DNA of 64,000 nucleotides from an uncultured Methanosarcinales archaeon (GCA_964485195.1 CAZAIK010000005.1:3773-67772); one strand, 5' to 3'; counted from the first letter of the stretch, positions 31,965 through 41,599 are shown. The notes: generated by a model from the sequence alone, not told the origin. Program-made: numbers and translations.

Positions 31965-33362
31965 ATGAAAGCACTGAAAAAAGGGACAGCCGGCAAGATG
32001 AAGGAATATGATGTTATTGTTATAGGCTCGGGCTCAGGGCTGAGGATTGCGAATGAGGCTGTTTTTGACGGTTTCAAAACCGCATTGGTGGACAAGGGCC
32101 CTTTGGGAGGCACCTGCCTTAACCTTGGATGCATTCCCTCAAAGATGCTCATCTATCCTTCTGACGTGGCTGTTGAGATAAAGGAGTCTGAAAAGCTCGG
32201 CCTTAAGTCCCAGCTCAGGAAAGTTGATTTCAAGTTCATAATGGAGAGGATGAGAAAGCTTGTTGAGGGAAGCAGGAAAAAGATAAGGAAAGGCATAAAG
32301 GAATTGAAGAATCTTGATTTTTATGAGGGGGAAGGCCATTTTGTTGATGATTACACAATAGAAGTCAACGGAAATAAACTGAAAGGAAAGAAGATATTCA
32401 TAGTATCGGGCGCCAGGCCCCTGGTGCCTCCAATAGAGGGAATAGAGGAAGTTGGTTTTCTCAACAATGAAAGCGTTCTCAGGATTAGCAAGCAGCCTGA
32501 AAGCGTCATAATAATAGGTGGAGGATATGTGGGTGTTGAATATGCCCACTTTTTCTCGGGCATAGGCACAAAGGTAACACTTTTTGAGGTAAATGACAGG
32601 CTTATTGCAAGCGAAGAGCCGGAAATATGCAAACTGCTGAAAGAAAGGCTTGGGAAAAGGGTTGACATCCACACAGGCACAAAGATTATTGAGGTTAAGA
32701 AAAAGGGCAGCAAGGTTGCAGTTGTTGCAAAAGGCAAGAGAGGCAAAAAGGAGTTCACAGCTGAAAAAATAATGCTTGCTGCAGGGAGAAAGCCCAATTC
32801 CGACCTGGTCAGGGTAAAGAACACAGGAGTGAAAACAGACAAGCGAGGGTATATCAAAGTCAATTCTTATCTTGAAACCTCAAAGAAAAATATTTGGGCG
32901 GTGGGAGATGCGATAGGAAAGCAGATGTTCAAGCACGTGGCCAACAAGGAGGCAGAGATTGCGTGGCACAACGCCAGCCACAAAAAGAGGAGAAGGGTTG
33001 ATTATTCTGCCGCGCCCCACGCTGTTTTTTCCAACCCCCAGGTTGCCTCGGTGGGGATGAAGGAGAAGGAAGCCAAAAAGGAGCACAAGATTGTTGTCGG
33101 GAAGGCGCATTATTCAGATGTTGCCAAGGGAGAGGCAATGGCAGAGAAAGAGGGGTTTGCCAAGGCAATAGTCGAAAAGAAGACAGGAAAAATGCTGGGA
33201 TTCCACGTAATCGGGCCCTGGGCTTCCATACTTATACAGGAAGTGGTGACTGCGATGGCAAACAACCTGACAGCAGAAGATATAATGAATTCTATGCACA
33301 TCCATCCCGCCCTGAGCGAGGTAATAACAGCCGCCTTGAGAAACTCAGAAAATGCACCGTGA
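31965..33362 (+). CDS. Dihydrolipoamide dehydrogenase / mycothione-reductase-like flavoprotein
   Basis: GGTCLNLGCIPSK, GGGYVG, HIHPALSE. Confidence 0.9.
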   Translation: MKALKKGTAGKMKEYDVIVIGSGSGLRIANEAVFDGFKTALVDKGPLGGTCLNLGCIPSKMLIYPSDVAVEIKESEKLGLKSQLRKVDFKFIMERMRKLVEGSRKKIRKGIKELKNLDFYEGEGHFVDDYTIEVNGNKLKGKKIFIVSGARPLVPPIEGIEEVGFLNNESVLRISKQPESVIIIGGGYVGVEYAHFFSGIGTKVTLFEVNDRLIASEEPEICKLLKERLGKRVDIHTGTKIIEVKKKGSKVAVVAKGKRGKKEFTAEKIMLAAGRKPNSDLVRVKNTGVKTDKRGYIKVNSYLETSKKNIWAVGDAIGKQMFKHVANKEAEIAWHNASHKKRRRVDYSAAPHAVFSNPQVASVGMKEKEAKKEHKIVVGKAHYSDVAKGEAMAEKEGFAKAIVEKKTGKMLGFHVIGPWASILIQEVVTAMANNLTAEDIMNSMHIHPALSEVITAALRNSENAP

Positions 33363-33385
33363 AGGACCAGGTTTTCTGAATCAGG

Positions 33386-34162
33386 TTATTTTTTCTGGTG
33401 CTTGCTGCAGAAATAGGCAGAGCGCCCTCCTGAGGAAATCCTCTTTATGGTGCCATTGCAGATTCCGCACCTGCTCCCCTCCTCCCTTTTCCCCGTCAAA
33501 TAACTTGAAGGGAAGTTTTCCGGAAGGGCATTGTTGCGTATGGCTGTTTTCAGAACCCTCTGCGTAACAGCGTAGAGCTTTTCTATGTCTTTCCTGCTCA
33601 GTTTTGAGACTTCCTTTTCCGGATGCATGCCTGCCTGGTAAAGTATCTCGTCAGAGTAAATGTTTCCTATTCCCGCCATAGTGCCCTGGTTCATCAATGT
33701 TGACTTTACCTTCCCCCTGGAGCCCTCCACCAGTTCTGTGAATTCCTTTTTGCTGATTTTAAGAACATCAGGACCGATCTCCTTTTCCTTGACATACTTG
33801 TTCTTGTCTTTTATCAGACCTATCCTGCCCAGTTTCCTGACAGAGATCACCGCGAAATTATATCCATTCCTGAAACTGACAATCAGTGCGGTGTGTTCCG
33901 GCTCTTTTTCCCTGTAATATGAAACATCCCCTGTCATGCCAAAGTGAAGCACAAGATAATAATTGTTGCTTGTCTTCAGGAACAGGTGCTTGCCGTGCCT
34001 GTATGTGTTGGTGAACTTCCTGTTCTTCAGTTTTTGCTGAAGCTCCTTTTCCGGGACTTCAGATATTTGCCTGACTTTAACCTGCACGTTCTCAATGGTC
34101 TTCCTCAGGATTTTGGAGCTGCAGTATCTCCTGAAGCTTTCCACGTCAGGCAATTCCGGCAT
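33386..34162 (-). CDS. mutM: Fpg/Nei DNA glycosylase
   Basis: N-terminal MPELP, HFGMTG, GIGNIYSDEIL, C-terminal Zn finger. Confidence 0.93.
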   Translation of the reverse strand: MPELPDVESFRRYCSSKILRKTIENVQVKVRQISEVPEKELQQKLKNRKFTNTYRHGKHLFLKTSNNYYLVLHFGMTGDVSYYREKEPEHTALIVSFRNGYNFAVISVRKLGRIGLIKDKNKYVKEKEIGPDVLKISKKEFTELVEGSRGKVKSTLMNQGTMAGIGNIYSDEILYQAGMHPEKEVSKLSRKDIEKLYAVTQRVLKTAIRNNALPENFPSSYLTGKREEGSRCGICNGTIKRISSGGRSAYFCSKHQKK

Positions 34163-34183
34163 TTTTATGGTTAATGCTTCTTT

Positions 34184-34672
34184 TTATTTAAGCTTTATCT
34201 TTCTGAAGTCCTTTTCAAGTTTCTCTTTTATCTTCGGGAAGCGCATTGCAGCTGCGGGATGGTATGTTTTGATGTATTTTACACCTTTGACTTCCGGAGT
34301 GCTCCAGGCAACTTCTCCCATCAGAACTATTGTTTTTGGCTTTATTACATTAACCTGCTCCAAAAGATAAGGCAGGCAGGCTTTTATCTCGTCTTTTTTA
34401 GGTTTTCTATTGCTAGGGGTTTTGTGCTTCACTACGCTGGTTATGAAGATTTTTTCCCTGCCAACATTGTTTTTTTCAAGCACTTTGTCAAGGTATTTCC
34501 CTGCCCTTCCCACGAAGGGCCTGCCTGTTTTGTCCTCCTCCTTTCCGGGATTCTGCCCTACCAGCATTATTCTTGCGTTTTCCGAACCCTCTCCGGGGAC
34601 TGCGTTACTCTTCCACAGCCTGCATTTTCTGCAATGCCTTATCTTTCTGTTCAGGGCTTCCAGTTTTTTCAT
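34184..34672 (-). CDS. Family-4 uracil-DNA glycosylase
   Basis: CRKC, GQNPG..ED..GRPFVGRAG, TYHPAA. Confidence 0.92.
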   Translation of the reverse strand: MKKLEALNRKIRHCRKCRLWKSNAVPGEGSENARIMLVGQNPGKEEDKTGRPFVGRAGKYLDKVLEKNNVGREKIFITSVVKHKTPSNRKPKKDEIKACLPYLLEQVNVIKPKTIVLMGEVAWSTPEVKGVKYIKTYHPAAAMRFPKIKEKLEKDFRKIKLK

Positions 34673-35382
34673 TTCAGCATTTCACCCAACATTTTTGCAT
34701 TTTTAGGGGCCCTGGCAAGAAGGTCATTGTTGAAATAGCAATATGCATATTTTGCTCTTGTTTTCTTAATCAATCCCTCCCATCTTTCCAGCTCCTTTTC
34801 TGAATAGGAATCCTTGTACCAGTGTTTTTTCCCGTGGAACCTTAAATAAAGAATGTTTGATGTTTTTTTAACGATATCAGGCAGGTTCGGGGCTGAAACA
34901 ACACAGAAAGCCACGTTGTTTTCATCCAGGATTTCATAAATCTCCTTGCAAAACCAGGATTTGTGCCTGAATTCTATCACATTGTTCTTCCTGCTGTCCA
35001 GGTCATTGCAGAATTTCTTCAGCTTTTTAACATCTTTTTCAAGAGAGGGTGGCAGCTGCCACAGGCAGCATCCCAGTTTTTGCTTTAATGCTTTTGTTGG
35101 TTTGTAAAATCTTTCCAGGCTTTTCCTGACATCGTGCAGTTTTTTTATGTGGGTTACCCACTTGCTCCCCTTAAGCGTGAACTTGAAACCAGAAGGCACT
35201 TCATCGTGCCATTTTGAAAATGTTTTTTCTTTTATTGAGCCGTAGAAGGTGGCGTTTACCTCCACAGAATTGAAAGTTTCAGAATAATGTTTCAGCCATT
35301 TTGACTTCGCCAGGCCTTCAGGATAAAACCTTTTCTTCCAATGGTCATACTGCCATCCGGAACAGCCAACAAAAGTTTTCAT
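34669..35382 (-). CDS. DUF72 protein (TIM barrel)
   Basis: GCSGWQY, VEVNATFY, QLPPS, EFRHKSW, YLRFHG, YFNND. Confidence 0.93.
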   Translation of the reverse strand: MKTFVGCSGWQYDHWKKRFYPEGLAKSKWLKHYSETFNSVEVNATFYGSIKEKTFSKWHDEVPSGFKFTLKGSKWVTHIKKLHDVRKSLERFYKPTKALKQKLGCCLWQLPPSLEKDVKKLKKFCNDLDSRKNNVIEFRHKSWFCKEIYEILDENNVAFCVVSAPNLPDIVKKTSNILYLRFHGKKHWYKDSYSEKELERWEGLIKKTRAKYAYCYFNNDLLARAPKNAKMLGEMLK

Positions 35383-35507
35383 TTGCCCTTTGAATGTTTT
35401 TTGGCAAGATATGCCTTGTACGCCTTTTCTGCATTCTTCTTCGTGCTGTAAATGCATTTTCCGCTGCCGATTCTCCACTTTCCGTTAGAACACTTCCTCA
35501 CAGGCAT
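35379..35507 (-). CDS. 42-aa basic protein, translationally coupled to DUF72
   Basis: MPVRKCSNGKWRIGSGKCIYSTKKNAEKAYKAYLAKKHSKGK; GAGGGGGT RBS; ATGA overlap. Confidence 0.75.
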   Translation of the reverse strand: MPVRKCSNGKWRIGSGKCIYSTKKNAEKAYKAYLAKKHSKGK

Positions 35508-35662
35508 ATTACCCCCTCTCTGCTAAGATAAAATATCCTGCATATTATAAAATTTCCGAATAGAGACGAAACAACAACCTTTTTATACCTAAAAAAAATT
35601 ATTTGTAAAAAATGAAGATGCTGAAATCCCCTGAGGTAAAAAGCAGGAAAAGCTAAATTACA

Positions 35663-36229
35663 ATGTACAGTCCGCAATTGGTTGTCGGGGATTTTTTTGA
35701 AGAGAAAGTTGCACAATTATTCGGTTTGGAAAGGCAGGATTCTCCTGCAGAAGGGAAAAAACCTGACTTGATAGCGAAGGACAATTCCTTTGTCGTTGAA
35801 GTCAAGGCCTCTGCTTACAATAACGGCGGGGTTGTAAAGGGAAATCAGCTGTCAAGGTTTTCTGAAGACGAATCTATGAGAAGGTTTTACGCCTTTGCCT
35901 ATCATTCAATAACAGAGGGTATGCTTGAACAGTATCCTTCAAAGGAGGATTTGAGAAATGCCCTGAACTTGCGCTCACTGTATATTTTTCCCTTCAGCAT
36001 AGTCAGGGCCTTTTACCGCAGCAGGAATCCCAGGCAATACAGGGTGACTGACGATTTTGTACAAATGAGAGAAGGTTTGGCGCATTTGATTTTCACAGGA
36101 GAAGTGGGAATATGGAGAACAATGGGGCTTGATGAAGAGGAATACAAGCGATGGTCTTCAGGGAACATATGCATAACCACCAGAAAGGGGGCGCTTGAGG
36201 ATAAGTTAGCAGGCTCCTTGAAGAGGTAG
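35663..36229 (+). CDS. PD-(D/E)XK nuclease-like protein
   Basis: FEE...KPDL...VEVKAS. Confidence 0.65.
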   Translation: MYSPQLVVGDFFEEKVAQLFGLERQDSPAEGKKPDLIAKDNSFVVEVKASAYNNGGVVKGNQLSRFSEDESMRRFYAFAYHSITEGMLEQYPSKEDLRNALNLRSLYIFPFSIVRAFYRSRNPRQYRVTDDFVQMREGLAHLIFTGEVGIWRTMGLDEEEYKRWSSGNICITTRKGALEDKLAGSLKR

Positions 36230-36317
36230 CGGATATACAAAACCTTTATAAACACCCTCTTTTTCCACAGATTCAGGGTTTAGAGGTTCTCAGAGTTGCA
36301 AATGAGAAGGTGAAGAA

Positions 36318-36755
36318 ATGACAAATGTTTATGATACAGACCCGAACGAGCTCATAGAGAGGACAGCTGAGAAACTGTCTGAAATGCCTGAAATGAGCCC
36401 TCCTGAATGGGCCAAATTCGCCAAGACGGGCGTGCACAAGGAAAGGCCGCCTGTAAACAGCGACAAGTGGTGGTTTACCAGGGCGGCAGCTGTGCTCAGG
36501 AAGCTCTATTTGCTGGGCCCAGTGGGGACTGCGAAGCTGAGGACTCTTTACGGCGGCAAGAAGGGAAGGGGTTATCAGCCTCCCACATTCAAGAAAGGCT
36601 CTGGTAACATAATAAGGAAGGTGTTGCAGCAGCTGGAAAAGGCAGGGCTTGCTTCCCAGACCAGCAAGAAAGGGCATAAAGGAAGGGTGGCAACTCCGAA
36701 AGGTGTTTCCTTGCTGGACAAGACCGCTTCCTCAATTGAGCAGAAAAAGGAGTAA
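36318..36755 (+). CDS. rps19e: 30S ribosomal protein S19e
   Basis: KTGVHKERPP, WWFTRAAA, LRTLYGG. Confidence 0.97.
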   Translation: MTNVYDTDPNELIERTAEKLSEMPEMSPPEWAKFAKTGVHKERPPVNSDKWWFTRAAAVLRKLYLLGPVGTAKLRTLYGGKKGRGYQPPTFKKGSGNIIRKVLQQLEKAGLASQTSKKGHKGRVATPKGVSLLDKTASSIEQKKE

Positions 36756-36757
36756 AA

Positions 36758-36931
36758 ATGGCAAGATACATTCACGCAAGCAGGAAGAAAAGGCTGGCCA
36801 AGCACGGCAGGCAGACCAAATGGGCGCCTTTCTGGCTGATTCCGCGCGTGTTCGGGACAGGAAGAAAGATACATCCTGCAAGGCTAACCACTGTTAAGAG
36901 AAGCTGGAGAAGAAGAAAGACCAAGGCTTGA
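36758..36931 (+). CDS. rpl39e: 50S ribosomal protein L39e
   Basis: RKKRLAK..RQTKWAPFW..KRSWRRRK; lies between rps19e and rpl31e. Confidence 0.9.
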   Translation: MARYIHASRKKRLAKHGRQTKWAPFWLIPRVFGTGRKIHPARLTTVKRSWRRRKTKA

Positions 36932-36933
36932 AA

Positions 36934-37545
36934 ATGGCAGTTGAAAGAACATATAACATTCCTTTAAGGAAAGAATTCTTGAGAGCTCCGAGATACAAGA
37001 GAGCCAAGACAGCTGTAAGCGCCTTAAAGAGATTTCTTCAGAGGCATATGAAATCAGAAGATGTTTATATTGGAAAACGGCTGAATGAAAAAATCTGGGA
37101 GAGGGGAATAAAGAACCCGCCTCACCATGTTAAAGTTGACGTGGTGAAGGAGGATGATGGAAAGGTTTATGCTGAACTGTCCGGCTTCAAGTACGAAAAG
37201 CCATTGACAGAGGAAGAGCTTAAGCAGATGGAAAAGGAAAGGAAAAAAGGCAAAAAACCTGAAGCAGAAAAAGAGGAAGAAGCTGGGAAAGAAGAAGAAA
37301 AGACAGAGAAGAAGGAAAAAGAAAAGAAGCCAGAGGAAATCGGGAAAGGAGAGGAAAAGCTGGAGAGGGAGTTCCAGAAGCTTGAGGAGAAAACTGAAAA
37401 GATAAAGGAAGAAAAGGCCAGGAAAGGAGCAGAGAAAGAAAAGAAACTGGAGCAGAGGGCCAAGGGCGTTAAGAAAAAGCCCCCAAAAGAAGAAGTCAAG
37501 ACACCTAATGAGCAAAAAGAGAAAGAGCGCCCTCCTAACGCTTAA
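36934..37545 (+). CDS. rpl31e: 50S ribosomal protein L31e with long E/K-rich tail
   Basis: ERTYNIPLR, LNEKIWERGIKNPP. Confidence 0.95.
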   Translation: MAVERTYNIPLRKEFLRAPRYKRAKTAVSALKRFLQRHMKSEDVYIGKRLNEKIWERGIKNPPHHVKVDVVKEDDGKVYAELSGFKYEKPLTEEELKQMEKERKKGKKPEAEKEEEAGKEEEKTEKKEKEKKPEEIGKGEEKLEREFQKLEEKTEKIKEEKARKGAEKEKKLEQRAKGVKKKPPKEEVKTPNEQKEKERPPNA

Positions 37546-37602
37546 TTCTAGAAACATTTAAAAAGAAAACCTTCAAAACCACTAACCAAGGAGGTTTTTA
37601 TC

Positions 37603-37878
37603 ATGGCAAAGGAGAACAAAGGAAAAGCAATTGCAGGGCTTGTTCTTGGGATTGTTGGTGTTATTTTCTCCTGGGTGCCAATCCTGAACTTTATTCTTGG
37701 GATTCTGGCCTTAATTTTCAGCGGGTTGAGCCTTTCCAAGAAAGAACCAGGAAGAGGAATGGCAATTGCAGGGCTTATCCTGGGTATAGTCACCCTTGTG
37801 ATAAGTGTCATACTTGTAATAATTGCAATTGCTGTTGTAGGCACTTTGGGAGCCTTCACAGTGGGATTAACCGCTTAA
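37603..37878 (+). CDS. DUF4190-like membrane protein
   Basis: AIAGLVLGI ... GMAIAGLILGI. Confidence 0.8.
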   Translation: MAKENKGKAIAGLVLGIVGVIFSWVPILNFILGILALIFSGLSLSKKEPGRGMAIAGLILGIVTLVISVILVIIAIAVVGTLGAFTVGLTA

Positions 37879-37890
37879 TTTTTTATTTTT

Positions 37891-38649
37891 TTATTCTATT
37901 AATATTAAAGAGAACATTATTACTATTCCTAACAAAAATGTTATGAACTGCCAAAAGGCCCTTGTGGTGAAGCCTTTTGCACAAACATCCTTGTGTATTT
38001 CAGGAATCAGATCAGCCCCGGCAATGTATATGAAACCGCCTGCTGCAAAGGGCAGGAAAAAAAGGGCTATCTGCTCTGCTCTTGCCCCTATTATCAGCGC
38101 GACAACAGCGCCCGCCACTGCAAGCAAGGCTGAGATAAAATTGAACATAAGCGCCTTTTTCTTTGAGAATCCTGCGTGCAGCAGAATTCCGAAATCCCCT
38201 ATTTCCTGCGGTATCTCGTGGAGGATTACAGCGATTGTGGCAATGAACCCCAGGGGAATGCCTGCCAGATAAGCCGCGGCTATTATCACGCCGTCTACGA
38301 AATTGTGGATTCCGTCGCCGAAAAGATTCAGGAAACCGACAGGGTGCTTGTGTTTTTTGTTAGTGGGCATATGGCAGTGCCTCCAGTGAATGAACTTTTC
38401 CATTATGAAGAAAACAACAATGCCTGACAAGACGCCTATTGAGACCGTCAGGGAACTTGTCTTCTCAAAAGCCTCGGGAATGAGATGGACAAAAGCCCCT
38501 CCGAAAAGCGCGCCTGCTGCAAAGCTGACAAGATAGATGATGATTTTGTTAAGGGTTTTTGGGTTAAGGGCCAAAGTGAACACTCCAATAATGGAGATGA
38601 GGCTGACAATGACAACACTAAGAATTGAATAAAGCCATATTTCCAACAT
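37891..38649 (-). CDS. ZIP family metal transporter
   Basis: DGIHNFVDG, HEIPQEIGD. Confidence 0.95.
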   Translation of the reverse strand: MLEIWLYSILSVVIVSLISIIGVFTLALNPKTLNKIIIYLVSFAAGALFGGAFVHLIPEAFEKTSSLTVSIGVLSGIVVFFIMEKFIHWRHCHMPTNKKHKHPVGFLNLFGDGIHNFVDGVIIAAAYLAGIPLGFIATIAVILHEIPQEIGDFGILLHAGFSKKKALMFNFISALLAVAGAVVALIIGARAEQIALFFLPFAAGGFIYIAGADLIPEIHKDVCAKGFTTRAFWQFITFLLGIVIMFSLILIE

Positions 38650-38676
38650 TTTAAGCTAAGTTGTTTTTGAGGCTTT

Positions 38677-39666
38677 TTAAAGATTATTATTTAAGATATC
38701 GTAGATCAAAGAAGAAACCTTGAACGGGTCGTGCCTGACAAGAGCTCTTTTGAGTTTATCCCCTTTTTTGACTTTGGGTATTTTCTCACTCAGCAAATCC
38801 CTCCCTACAAATTGAATCTTTTTGCCTGAAAAATTATTAATATCATACTTGACAGGGTATTCCTCCTCTTGAGCGTAAGATTTCGAAAAATCTTCATGCG
38901 GCTCCCTTGTGTTGTAGGTAACATAATCAAAAACGTCCTTCCCCAAGTATTTCTCAAATATGTTCACAAAATCAATAACTTTAAAATTGTGCGTGTGATT
39001 TTTCTGGGTCATTATATTGCAGACGTAAACCTTTTTTGCCTTTGAATGTCTCAGGGCGTCTGCTATTCCTTTCACCATCAGATTGGGGAGGATGCTGGTA
39101 TAAACATCCCCCGGACCTATCACTATCAGGTCGCTCTGCAAAATCTTTCTTATGGCTTCAGGATTTGGCGAAGGTTCTGGTTTAAAATGCAGAGATTTTA
39201 TGGGTTTCGTTTTAAGGTCTATTTTGTGCTCCCCGAAAATGTATTCTCCCCCAGTGGTTTTTGCCGTGAGTTTCACATCGTCCAGAGTTACAGGAATGAT
39301 CCTTCCTCTCGCCTTAAGAATTTCCCCTGCCAGTTCCAAAGCCTTCTCAAAAGAGTTCGTTATCTGCTCCAAGGCGGAAATGAATAAGTTGCCAAAGCTC
39401 TGCCCTTCCAGCGAGCCTTTAGAAAACCTGTGATTGAACAATTCTCTCCATATATTTTCCGATTCAGAAAGGGCCACCAGGCACTGGCGGCTGTCCCCAG
39501 GAGGTAAAGCTCCCATTTCATCCCTCAAAACGCCTGTAGAACCCCCGTCATCGGTCATGGCAACAATGGCGGTCAGGTCAAGGTCGGGATAATTCTTCAG
39601 GCCAGTAAGCATAGTGAAGGAGCCAGTTCCCCCTCCCATGACTGTAACCCTGAACCTTCTCTGCAT
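38677..39666 (-). CDS. YvcK/CofD family protein
   Basis: GGGTG, DDGGSTG, PPGD, GPGDVYTS, RHD. Confidence 0.92.
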   Translation of the reverse strand: MQRRFRVTVMGGGTGSFTMLTGLKNYPDLDLTAIVAMTDDGGSTGVLRDEMGALPPGDSRQCLVALSESENIWRELFNHRFSKGSLEGQSFGNLFISALEQITNSFEKALELAGEILKARGRIIPVTLDDVKLTAKTTGGEYIFGEHKIDLKTKPIKSLHFKPEPSPNPEAIRKILQSDLIVIGPGDVYTSILPNLMVKGIADALRHSKAKKVYVCNIMTQKNHTHNFKVIDFVNIFEKYLGKDVFDYVTYNTREPHEDFSKSYAQEEEYPVKYDINNFSGKKIQFVGRDLLSEKIPKVKKGDKLKRALVRHDPFKVSSLIYDILNNNL

Positions 39667-39773
39667 AAAACTGGTTAAAATGCCTTTATTTAAAATGTTT
39701 ATGAAACAATTCCAGAAGTATTCGCTCTTTTTTGTTCATTTAAGGAAAATTTTTAATTGCTGGTTTTATAAAC

Positions 39774-40259
39774 TTATTGAAATATCACTGTATGGTCAGC
39801 CAGTTTCTTGTCCTCATAGAACAGTTCTGCATTGAAATATTTGGGCTGGTTCAGCCATCCTGTGAATAGCTTGTCGCCTTCCCACATTGGCAGGTCAGTA
39901 AGTTCCTCGTCAGCTATCCACTCAAGTGTGCCTTCCCTGCACTCCTTTTTTGGCTCGCCTTCAAATTCCCCTGCGATGAAAACAGCAACCCTGTAATCCT
40001 CCTCTGTTATGTTGTTACTGAAAATCCTGTTCTTGTTCCTGAAGATTACTGTGCCTTTCGGGACAAGCTGTTTTATTTTTATTCCTGCCTCTTCCAGCAC
40101 CTCCCTGGCTGCGCAGTCCTCGTCGCTCTCTCCGGGCTCGTTTTTTCCGCCGGGTGCAACATACTTGCCGTAATGGAAATCATCTTCTCTCTTGTTGCGG
40201 TGAATCATCAGTGTTTTTCCATCTTTTCTTACGTAGCAGAGTGTTCCTGTTTTCATCAT
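39774..40259 (-). CDS. NUDIX 8-oxo-dGTP diphosphatase (MutX-like)
   Basis: GGKNEPGESDEDCAAREVLEEAG; MWEGD. Confidence 0.9.
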   Translation of the reverse strand: MMKTGTLCYVRKDGKTLMIHRNKREDDFHYGKYVAPGGKNEPGESDEDCAAREVLEEAGIKIKQLVPKGTVIFRNKNRIFSNNITEEDYRVAVFIAGEFEGEPKKECREGTLEWIADEELTDLPMWEGDKLFTGWLNQPKYFNAELFYEDKKLADHTVIFQ

Positions 40260-41599
40260 CCCATCTTGGGCATCTTTCCGCCGAGCCTTTTCATCATCTT
40301 CTCCATATTGCCCCCTTTCATTGTCTTCATCATCTTCTTGGTCTGCTTGTACTGCTTCAGCAAGTCCCTTAATTCGCTCGTGGGCATTCCAGCTCCCTTT
40401 GCAATCCTTTCTATCCTGCCCCCTGTGATTATGTCTGGGTTTTCCAGCTCCTCCTTTGTGCAGGAATCCATAAGATATCTCCACTTTTTCACCTTGCCTT
40501 CCTGGACATTGAGCATTTCCTTGGGAAGCTTCATCTGGGAAAAGCCGGGAATCATCTCAACAACCTTTGACAACGGTCCCATCTTGGACATTGCCTGTAT
40601 TTGCTCGTAAAGGTCAACAAGATTGAACTCTCCTTTGAGCATTTTTTTGCCCAGGTCCTCTGCCTTCTTTTCAGGAATTATTTCCCTTGCCTTTTCAAGC
40701 AGCGATTCCAAGTCCCCCATTCCGAGTATTCTGCCGACAAACCTTTTGGGGTCAAACTTTTCAAAATCGTCAACCTTCTCGCCGACCCCTATGAATTTCA
40801 CAGGAGCTCCTGTCACTGCACACGCTGCCAAGGCCCCCCCTCCCTTTGCAGTTCCGTCCAGCTTTGTTATTATCACTCCGTTGACATCAACAGTGTCGTG
40901 AAATGCCTGGGCCTGCTTTTCAGCTGCCTGCCCCACGTCAGCCCCTATGACCAGCCATCTCTCATTTGCCTTGACTGCCTTGTTGATTTTGTTCAATTCC
41001 TTTATCAGGTCATCAGAAAGGGCATCCCTTCCTGCAGTGTCATAAATGACAACGTCAAACTTTTTCAGGTCAGGTTCAACGCTCTTGAGAATTTTGAGCG
41101 GGTCCTTTTCCTTTGGGCTGCCGAACACCGGCGCATTTACCATCTTTCCCATCTGCACCAATTGCTCATAAGCAGCAGGCCTCCACACGTCCAGCCCAAC
41201 CAGGGCGACCTTGTGCCCCCTTTTCATGAAATATTTTGCAAGCTTGCCCGCTGTTGTTGTCTTTCCGTTACCGAACAGGCCCACAAGCATGATCTTGTAT
41301 GGCTTTTTCTTGATCTCAATCTTTGACTCCTCCTCCCCAAGAAATTTCACAAGCTCATCATAGACTATCTTTATCAGCTGCTCCTTTTTTGAGAGCCCTG
41401 CAGGTGGATTTTCCTTGAGAGCCCTTTCCTTTATTGACTTTGTGAGCTCAAACACCAGCTTTACATTGACATCGCTCTGCAGAAGCGCCCTTTGTATGTC
41501 CTTGACAATCTCGTTTACCAGTTTTTCATCTACAAAAACAGCCCCTGTAATCTTGTTCAGGGAGCTTTTCAGGCTGTCCCCCAGCTTTTCCAGTACCAT
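40256..41599 (-). CDS. srp54: Signal recognition particle protein SRP54
   Basis: GLFGNGKTTT, DTAGR, TKLDGTAKGGG, Met-rich M domain. Confidence 0.97.
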   Translation of the reverse strand: MVLEKLGDSLKSSLNKITGAVFVDEKLVNEIVKDIQRALLQSDVNVKLVFELTKSIKERALKENPPAGLSKKEQLIKIVYDELVKFLGEEESKIEIKKKPYKIMLVGLFGNGKTTTAGKLAKYFMKRGHKVALVGLDVWRPAAYEQLVQMGKMVNAPVFGSPKEKDPLKILKSVEPDLKKFDVVIYDTAGRDALSDDLIKELNKINKAVKANERWLVIGADVGQAAEKQAQAFHDTVDVNGVIITKLDGTAKGGGALAACAVTGAPVKFIGVGEKVDDFEKFDPKRFVGRILGMGDLESLLEKAREIIPEKKAEDLGKKMLKGEFNLVDLYEQIQAMSKMGPLSKVVEMIPGFSQMKLPKEMLNVQEGKVKKWRYLMDSCTKEELENPDIITGGRIERIAKGAGMPTSELRDLLKQYKQTKKMMKTMKGGNMEKMMKRLGGKMPKMG

